DNA of 64,000 nt from Chrysomallon squamiferum. Its lineage: Eukaryota > Animalia > Mollusca. The notes beneath the pieces were generated by a model that searched no databases, was not told where the DNA came from, and worked only from the letters and a program-made list of their open reading frames with translations. Location of the stretch: assembly GCA_012295275.1 (NCBI GenBank), contig CM022675.1, forward strand, positions 5,518,001 through 5,582,000, given 5' to 3'. This document shows, one piece after another, positions 14,946 to 64,000 of this stretch. Positions within the stretch are counted from its first letter, which is position 1. The number at the start of each line of letters is the position of its first letter. The translations under genes were made by a program, and so were the position numbers.

Positions 14946-15192
14946 TGCAGAGCCTGTTTTAACGATTAGCTTCAAAAATCAAATAAGTGTGTGTGTGTGT
15001 GTCTTGCATTTCTTTCTTCTTTTTCTTCTTTCCATCATCGCCCTATTTTGCCAAGTCATGTAGTTAAAAAAATATAGATTTGTAAATTAGAATTACGACA
15101 AAAAATAAAAAAAGAAAGAAAAAATAAAAAAAACCCGTGAAATACCGAGAAAAGAGAGGTGTCAGTTTATTTTTTCTGTCTGACCATTTTCC

Positions 15193-15205
15193 GTTGCCGG
15201 GCAAC
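15193..15205. promoter_or_regulatory. Palindromic RFX X-box (GTTGCC-G-GGCAAC)
   Basis: Matches the RFX consensus GTNRCC(N0-3)RGYAAC. It lies about 60 bp upstream of TATAAAT and about 150 bp upstream of the inferred ATG. Confidence 0.6.
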
Positions 15206-15265
15206 AGCAATGTTTAACATTTTTCCTGACGCCATGTCTAGACAGACTGTGTTTAAACTCTCTCG

Positions 15266-15272
15266 TATAAAT
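15266..15272 (+). promoter_or_regulatory. Putative TATA box
   Basis: TATAAAT 85 bp upstream of the inferred start codon at 15351. Confidence 0.45.
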
Positions 15273-15350
15273 GTAGTTTTGCTACACATTTTATTCTTTT
15301 TCATCTCTAACGTAAGACGTGCATAAACTAAACTAAGAATGGCGAATTGA

Positions 15351-35292
<19,942 letters not shown>

Positions 35293-35324
35293 GTAAGTGA
35301 AATAACCACTTCTCAGATAGGTAT

Positions 35325-35571
<247 letters not shown>

Positions 35572-36818
35572 ATGTCTATGCGTGTTTGTGTTTGTGCAAA
35601 CTGAGTTTCTGTGTGAGTGTTTGTCGTGTTTGTCGTGTTTGTGTGTGTCTGTGTGTCTATTTGCGTTTGTGTAGATTTATGATTGCGTGGGTATATATGT
35701 ATGTTTGTATGCTTAGTATATTAGTGTGTGTGTGTCTGCAACCAAGTGGGTGAGTGAATGTTTTAGTTTGTGTGTTCGTTCAGTTAATTTTGTTACATTC
35801 CAAACACTGATGCTTATACAATTGAAAAGATCAACTACGGAGACAAGGCACGTGCATATGTGTGTGAGTGTGAAGTAGACTACTTCAGATCAGAAAATAT
35901 CTGCAAAGTCAAATGTGAAGTAGAAAACCATTGACATTCTTAGAAAAGCAATGACATTCTTAGAAAAACACTGACATTCTTAGTAAAACACTTTCACACT
36001 TAGTAAAACACTGACACTCTTAATAGAACACTGACACTCTTAGTAAAACTGTTACTCTAAGAAAACACTGACACTTTTAATAAAACACTTAGTATTAGTG
36101 ACAAACTTTCACTCTTAGTAAAACAATGATACTCTTAGTAAAACACTGACACTCTTAGTAAAACACTGACTCTATTAGTAAGACAATGAGACTCTTAATA
36201 GAACGCTGACACACTTAGTAAAATAATGAATGTGACTGTAGTTAAACACTGACATCCTTAAGTATGTAGTACATTCTAGAGTGGTTCCTGTCATTTGGTC
36301 GGGTTATGAACCAGGTAGACATTAATCTTTTGTTTACTGTCTAAAAAAATAAATAACTTTAGACCAACATTTTATTCAGACTGTGGGATGTTAAAGGTCA
36401 CTGATGTACTGACCTTTTCACAATATGACAAATACAATAATTAATTTCAAAATTATGTACTTTCTATTTGACTTCTCTCACAGAGGACATACTCGGTTAT
36501 TTTTTATTTAGCCTTGCTTAAAACGATCATATAAGTTAAGAAAGATCCCTACTGTGTCTGTGACATGCAAACTTGTTGCAAAGTCTATATCCATTGCTCT
36601 GTAGTGACAGCTATGTAAAACTGACACATATTAGTACAGAGAGGGCAGATACAGCTATGTCCAACTCAGAGACATTAATACTGAGATGACGGATACATCT
36701 ATCGAAAACTCATATATTTTAATACTAAGAGGACAGACACAGCTGTGTACACCTCATGGGCATTAATACTGACATGACAGCTACAGCTATAAATAATTAG
36801 ATATTTATCGGGATATAC

Positions 36819-37018
36819 NNNNNNNNNNNNNNNNNNNNNNNNNNNNNNNNNNNNNNNNNNNNNNNNNNNNNNNNNNNNNNNNNNNNNNNNNNNNNNNNNN
36901 NNNNNNNNNNNNNNNNNNNNNNNNNNNNNNNNNNNNNNNNNNNNNNNNNNNNNNNNNNNNNNNNNNNNNNNNNNNNNNNNNNNNNNNNNNNNNNNNNNNN
37001 NNNNNNNNNNNNNNNNNN
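36819..37018. other. Assembly gap (200 N)
   Basis: N run. Confidence 1.
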
Positions 37019-37894
37019 TTGTTGCTACTATTACTACTAGTATACTACTGTTGCTAGTACTTCAGCTACAACAACCATTGCTATCATTGCTACTGTTGGT
37101 TGCAGCTGTTAGTACTAGTAGTGCTATAAGTAGTAATAGTAGTAGGAGTAGTAGCAGAGAAAGTAGTAATACTGGCAGATGTAGAAGTATTAGAAGTAGC
37201 GACTAGAATTACTAGATATAGCAGTATTAATAATAATTTTAATAGTACTAGTAGTAGTAGAGGTAGCAGTGGTAGTAGTAGTAATAGAGGTAGCAGTAGT
37301 AGTAGTGGTGGTAGTTGTTGTAGATAACTCTACATAATAATGAAACTTTATTAGCGTTATGGTTACTGATCATTTATACAAACAAAATGTATTCATCCAG
37401 GCTGTTTCAAGGAGATGATGATGATAATGATGATGTAATGTAATAACATTTTATTTAACCTTTCACACTGTATTTTTTTTAATAAATAAATAAACAAATA
37501 AACAAATAAATAAATAAGAACACGGCTAATATCAAAACTTTGACGTTTTAAAATGTACAAAAAGTTTCTTTGCGTTATTAATATTAGAATACTGCACGTG
37601 TCACTTATTCCAGCTTTTGCGTTGACACATTTTGTTAAACTGCCAGTGTAGTAATATCAGATGACAGAAAAAACGAGTTATTCTGACCTCTTGACGTGAA
37701 AACTTTATTTATCTGTATAATATACTACATCAGCTATTAAATTACGTTAAAATTAGGACATTGTTACCTTATATTTTGTTATGGTTGCGTAACAATATAA
37801 TGTTGTAGTGATTTATTTGATGGTATTTAGTTTCGTTATTAAAACATGTTTTCACATTAACAGTAAAGTTAAGTTGTCCTAACAGCAAGATATC

Positions 37895-38180
37895 CTCACA
37901 ACGTAATCAGTTTATTTTTACGGCGTCACACTGTATTTATCTAGCGTAATGATAACATTATAATTATCTTTTCGCAGTGTCTTTTTGAAACGTAATAATA
38001 ACATGATATTTCCCTTTTCAGAATCTATTTTTGTAACGTAATAATAACATTATAATGACGTTTTCACGATGTAGTTTTACAACGTAATAACAACTTACAT
38101 TTACGGTGTCACAAACTATTATACAGTGTAATAATAACGCTATATTTATGTAATCACAATGTATTTTCACAACATAACAT
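37895..38180. repeat. Degenerate ~45-bp minisatellite (ACGTAATAATAACAT core)
   Basis: Core recurs about 6-7 times at about 45-bp spacing. Confidence 0.65.
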
Positions 38181-38519
38181 GTTGAATACTAAATGTTCAC
38201 GAAATAAATGTATTCCGTGATAACTAACATCCTTTGTTATTTTTGTATCATGTGCCTGTCTTCTATGGCCACTGCTAAATGTTTGTGAAATAACGATGAC
38301 ATTTTAAAAGTAAATTTGACAATTTTATAACGGGTGTGTATTTCAATACCAAAAAAAAAAAAAAGTGCTCTGGTCCAGACCTAAATCCAGGTAGCACAGA
38401 CCTTTTTTTTTTTTTTTTTTTTCACTCAACTATAAACAACATTTCTTTCTTTCTTTCTTTTATTTCTTTCTTTTTATTATTATTAATGTTATTATTATTA
38501 TTATTATTAATTATTATTA

Positions 38520-38571
<52 letters not shown>

Positions 38572-38629
38572 TTTAGGTAAATCATTAAATATTTCTTTGA
38601 CTAATATATTTTCAAATCCAGTGTGATCT

Positions 38630-39293
38630 ATGCGAAGGTGCAGAACAAAATCACTTTCTTGCTACAAGGTAAGAGTAACTCGTGTTGTTGGTTTCTTATC
38701 ACAAAATCATCTTATCTCCAAAGATCTTATATCTTGTTTGTAACAAAAATAAAATCGTGAACATATACTGATATGTACATTTTCGTAATTTGTTTTTTGT
38801 AAAAAAAAATGTGTTCTAGAACTTCATTCTTCCTGTGTAACACCACTGAAAATAGTGGCGTACAGTCTACTTCGTTTCTGCCTCAACAGTAGACTGACAA
38901 AGAGTTGACTCGGTATATGATACATAACTTTTCAGATTTAAAAGCTAAACCATGTATATAACTCACTGCATACATACATACATACATACATACATGCATA
39001 CATACATACATGCATACATACATACATACATACATACATACATACATACATACAGTCAGTCAGTTGTACCCAAGTAAGAAATGTCTCACAATCTATATTC
39101 AAGTTCTTGCGACTACCTCTGAAAAGAAGAGAAAAAAAAATAGTACATGATCATAACAGACACACACATAGACATACACACAGACACACAGATACAAAGA
39201 CATGCAAACCGTGGCACAGAAACACACATACATATACACACATATTCAGATATAAAAAGGCATACAGACCTACACACATGCATAAACATACAT

Positions 39294-39354
<61 letters not shown>

Positions 39355-40826
39355 GAAATGAAAACGGCTTTACGGGTTTGAACAAAATTAGTCGTGAAAT
39401 TTCTATAGACTGCTACAATTTGTCCCATAACGAAAACAAATCCCTCTTTTTCTGTTTTCTTAGACTCCGTAGACTTCAACGTGAACACCTTCTTTTTCGA
39501 GACACATTGCCCATCTCTTCAAGCATTCATCTCCAACTCCAGTCAGCATCTCCCTTGTAACAAGATACATGTATTCCTTATACGTTCATTTAAATCTTCA
39601 GCACTTCTGGGCTTTGATGCATAGACTTTGCTTTTCAGGAAGCCCCACAGATAGAAGTCAAATCTGGAAAACTGGCGCCCATTCCAGAAGTCATCGACGA
39701 CCTAACCATCTATCCGGGAACGTGTGATTCAATAGATCGCTAACTGCTTTAGCATAATCTGAAGTAGCACCATCGATGTGGAAAAAAACAATCATCAACA
39801 TTGGCTACACGTTCCAACTCAGGGATAATTTTTTTTCGAAGCATCGCTGGATAATTGACACCTGAAGAGGTGGGCAATGTGTCACATACATACATAAACA
39901 GAAAAACCCACAGAAACCCACAACAGAGACACTCATACACAGGCACACACAAACAGATAAAGAAACTAGTAAATAAGTAAATAAATGAATGAATTTATTT
40001 CCTCCTGTTTTTCAAACTTGACAAAGGAAATAAAAAAATAACAAAATAAAATAAAATATATCAATAAAATAACTATAATCGAAATTAAATAACAGTAATA
40101 ATAATAATAATAATAATAATGATGATGATGACGATAATAAAAATAACACAATAATAATAAAATTAAAAAAATTAAATGTAGACAAACAATAATAAATTAG
40201 TATCAGAATAAATATGGAACAGGGAACATTTTGTGATAGTCACTGAAGTTTAATAGTATTAAAAGAAACAAAAAATGGACAGATGTGTGAATTTTAAGAC
40301 TGTGTAGTTGTCTCTGAAAATGTCAGTGATTTAAAGCTGAACAAAATGCTTCCTTCGGAAAGTCTTTCTGACGTGAAAATCTTTACAGTGAACATGAAAT
40401 AACTTGATATGAACAGAACACTCTAGAATGCTGAATTTAATTTCATTCATTGATTAACATGAATTATTGTTTTGTTTTTAATAACTGAATCATTACTTTT
40501 GTCTGATTTGAATCAGTGTCGACTTTAATGATTAAAATGTCTCATACATGACTGACTGACTAATGAATTGTCAGTATTTGAATCGATGGCAGACAGGCAA
40601 CTTGACTGACTGATCACAATACACTTCCTGGTTCAGATGGAAGAACATTTTTCTCAAAAAACTATGAGAATTCTCTTGTACTGTAGTATGTTATGATTTA
40701 AAAAATAAAAAAATAAAAAAATAAAAATATTCTAAACTTCAAAGATGCATTATCATACTGTACTTTGTAAATTTGATATTTCATAACTAAAACACATTTT
40801 CTGAAATGCATGCAAGCAAAAAAATT

Positions 40827-40869
<43 letters not shown>

Positions 40870-41110
40870 TTATTATTATTTTTGTTTTACCTCTTATTTT
40901 ACTTATAATTAATTTAATTTTAAGTAAGTCATCTGATGGTTTTCTTTTAATAAGTTTGTTTAGTTTTTTTCCCTTTCAGATTCAAAACACAGTTTCACAC
41001 ATTCTCAGTAAGTTAGCTGAATCTACAAGTTTTATTCTTATATATATACAAAATATTTTTGGTTTATAATTCCGTGCATCTGTCAAACCAGTGGTATTCA
41101 TTTTGGTTAC
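38630..41110 (-). pseudogene. Decayed duplicate of the 3' end (last exons and 3' UTR) of the minus-strand gene
   Basis: Homologous to about 43550-45710. The terminal-exon copy (39086-39118) has an early TAG. The FSW-exon copy (about 40628-40685) has TGG>TAG and its donor changed from gtaag to ggaag. Confidence 0.85.
39360..39885 (-). mobile_element. Degenerate Tc1/mariner-superfamily transposase fragment (catalytic C-terminal part)
   Basis: Minus-strand pieces: NYPAMLRKKIIPEL..CFF / DGATSDYAKAVSDLLNHTFPDRWLGRR / DFYLWGFLKSKVYASKPRSAEDL. These match the QDGA..H...FP.RWIGR...W...SPDL...DF.LWG.LK..VY pattern. Lies next to a (TA)n run. Confidence 0.8.
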
Positions 41111-42226
41111 TTATTTTATACTAATCTGGATATTTAGGAAACACACACAATTTTTGCATCTTTGGAGTTTGCTTTGTTTTTATTTTATCCTGAACATCTT
41201 TTTTATTATATTATACTGAGATTTGGAAGAGTTTGGTGAGTGAGTTTACAATGATTGTTTTAAATCAGATTTTTGTTTTGGTATTTATTTATTTATTTAT
41301 TTATTTATTTATTATTATATTTATTTATTTATTTATTTTGTTTTTTTGAAATTTTGTTTAATTTGTTTAAATAAATAAAAAGGAATAAAATAGTAAAATT
41401 GGTAAAGCATAAATAAACATAACAAACTAAACAAATAATTAAATAACATAAATAAACAAAGAGTCAAGTAAACTAACTAAAATAAAATAAAATTATTTAG
41501 GTTAAATTATACATATATATATATATATGTATGTATGTATATATTATGTATGTATGTATTAGTTACCTTTTGGGGCTGATTATTTGATTAATTTTATTTG
41601 TTCAATACATGTATTTACTAAATATAATTCATTAATAACAAAAAAATAAAAATAAAAATAAATAAAAAGTTACATAAAAATAAAATACATTTCCCACTTA
41701 ATCAATTTCTCCACAATGTTTTATAAAACACTGTAGTATGCATTATCCCGAGTAAATTCCAGACATATATAACTATTTATAGCCTTCTGTGGGTTTATCC
41801 TCTCCAAAGCATAGTTTCTACAATAATTATTTAATGCACATTATAATTATTGATTGACAAATAACGTCTGGAATCTTTAAATGAAACATTTTCCTGTTTT
41901 CTCAGTTGTAGCTGTGACAGAGGTTGTCAAATGTTTCAGGCTAATTAAAAATAAACAACAAGAATAACAATCAAATAAATAAATAAATAAATATATACTA
42001 TCTAAGGAAACAGAGACAATGAATGACTGACTTCATGCAAAATAAAGTTATTACGTACTCATTTGTTGCAAGTCAGTAAAATCAAAATACATAATTATTT
42101 CAATGAAAACAAAACACATAGTGAATATTTAGTTTTTTTTATCAATGATAAATGTATATAAAAATATAAAAATATATATATTTTTTTCCAGTTATTGAAT
42201 AACATTTATTATAATAAAATATATAT

Positions 42227-42268
<42 letters not shown>

Positions 42269-42392
42269 TGTATATATAATTAAACATTAAAATGTTTGTA
42301 CAAGGATTAATGGCTTTGAATGTAATCAAGTTAAACAAAAATATGACAATAACATTTTGAAATAAAATGAATTAAAATCAATAATAATAATC

Positions 42393-42440
<48 letters not shown>

Positions 42441-42742
42441 GCCATAGAAATAATTGCATAATAGATGTATAATTAAACACAGTAACACAAATACATGAAT
42501 ATGTACATGGAATAAATATATTTAAAATTATACAAAAATATCTACATGGAGTAAATATATTTAATATTATCTGTGGATCTATTCCACTAACCAAATACAG
42601 ATTCATACAATTACCAATGTAAAGCACCTCACCCAATGACAATCAGTCATTTCTTCCTTCACTATTATCCAGAAAATAATTACTAATAATTTGTCTTGCA
42701 TAACATTTTAATATGATTATTTATATGGGAACACAACAACCA

Positions 42743-42825
<83 letters not shown>

Positions 42826-42826
42826 G

Positions 42827-42895
<69 letters not shown>

Positions 42896-43263
42896 GCAAA
42901 GATGATAATAGTAATAATAACAATGGTAATAATAAAAGTAAGATTATTAACAGTAAAAACTTCTGTTAAAAATATCAGGTTTCAAGAAGAATTCTATCTA
43001 CAGTTTAGTACACCGTATATTGTCCATCACATCAAAATAAACAATTACAAAGATATATGCAGATATTGAATAGCATTATGATAAAATCATTTAAAAAAAT
43101 AAATATACAAGTTCAAAATGTATGTTACAGAATTATTCTGTGTAGGTATAAACAATATTCAGATTCATGGTTAAAACACAGATTAAGTTGGAATAATAAT
43201 AATAACAATAACAATATTACTAATAAAATAAATAATAATAATAAAAATTATAACAATAAGAAC

Positions 43264-43294
<31 letters not shown>

Positions 43295-44090
43295 GTAACA
43301 GCAATAATGATAATACCAATAATAATAATAATAAGTAATAAATAAATAATAATAATAAAAAAAAAATAATAATAGCAATAACAATAACAGATATAATAAT
43401 AATAACAAATGTAAAACATTTTCACCAAAACAATTACTGTATCAACCACATTTCAGTACTAAAAAAAAAGTTAGGACAGAACCTTTTTTCTTTTGATTTT
43501 TGACAAGTCATTACAAATGACACAGACTAATTTATTTCCAGCTCCATACTGCTGTTTATGTGAAGGCGCATATAAAAGTCACTATCTTGCTACAAGGGAA
43601 CAGTAACTGGTGTTATTTGTTCCTTCTCAAAACTCACTGTTTTACAAAAATCTTATCTATAGTTTGTAACAAAAATGAACATTGAACATATACTGAGCTG
43701 TACATTTAGTAATTTTAGTATCAAAAAATGTGTTTTCGTATTTCATTCCTCCTTTTAACACCACTGAATCTGGTGGCAGTTAGTCTACTTCATTTCTAAC
43801 ACAACAGTAGACTGACAGAGTTGACTCAGTATATGATATATAAAATTTGAGATTTAAAAGCTAAACCATGTATATAACTAACTGCATGAAGTCACACACA
43901 CACACACATATGCATGTGTCTCTGTATGTGTGGTTTTATAAACTGAGATAAGAAGTACAAAGTTTTTTAAACCAGCGCATGTTAAAAATGAAATATTCAG
44001 TGTTAATCCAGATTAAAATGGTTGATTAATACACTAGTAGTTGTAGTCCTCAGTATCTGTATCAGTAATTGTACCAAACTGAGAAATGTC

Positions 44091-63473
<19,383 letters not shown>

Positions 63474-63751
63474 CTGAAAAGATCAGTTTTAAATTAAACA
63501 AAGCTTTATATTAATATGCGTATAACCACACATGTATTAACATACTTTAGTTAGCACACACATACACACACACACACAGCTTATATATAGATATACTGTT
63601 CAATCATTTATATCTGAAAATATCAGTTTTAAATTAAACAATGTTTTATATTAATATATGAACAACAGACACATTTATTAACATACAGTAGTTATTCTTA
63701 TTAGCATTGTCACACACACACACACACACATACACACACACACACACACAC

Positions 63752-63951
63752 NNNNNNNNNNNNNNNNNNNNNNNNNNNNNNNNNNNNNNNNNNNNNNNNN
63801 NNNNNNNNNNNNNNNNNNNNNNNNNNNNNNNNNNNNNNNNNNNNNNNNNNNNNNNNNNNNNNNNNNNNNNNNNNNNNNNNNNNNNNNNNNNNNNNNNNNN
63901 NNNNNNNNNNNNNNNNNNNNNNNNNNNNNNNNNNNNNNNNNNNNNNNNNNN
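63752..63951. other. Assembly gap (200 N)
   Basis: N run. Confidence 1.
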
Positions 63952-64000
63952 TTTTGGAAACGATATTTTCTCTTACGTTTGGGAAATGCAAATTTAGGAT

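Noticed and set aside
63952-64000. GNDIFSYV after gap 3 resembles GNTSFSYV (minus strand) before gap 1
   Set aside because: Only 8 residues with poor nucleotide match; probably chance.

Overview
AT-rich, microsatellite-rich animal (probably invertebrate, mollusc-like) genomic DNA in four contigs separated by 200-N gaps (12462-12661, 36819-37018, 63752-63951). Nearly all coding signal belongs to a large, multi-exon, MUC4/mucin-like EGF-rich membrane protein locus seen in three pieces. (1) 7872-12200 (+) holds six exons encoding NIDO-AMOP-VWD (GDPH motif), preceded by a 6.9-kb 20-bp satellite. (2) 15351-35292 (+) holds a promoter with an RFX X-box and TATA box, a signal peptide, a furin-site propeptide and EGF exons, ending in at least 5 tandem 2.6-2.7-kb two-exon EGF cassettes. 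(3) 63473-44091 (-) holds 11 EGF exons, a tandemly duplicated SEA block, a TM helix and a cytoplasmic tail, followed by a decayed duplicate of the 3' end. Shared intron sequence links the three pieces, so they are either one giant gene on misordered contigs or a cluster of paralogs. Mobile elements are a 5'-truncated L1/Tx1-type LINE, a Ty3/Gypsy element with only a 5' LTR, a Tigger deletion derivative and a Tc1/mariner transposase fragment. All exon calls are manual, from splice sites and translation; no database search was run.
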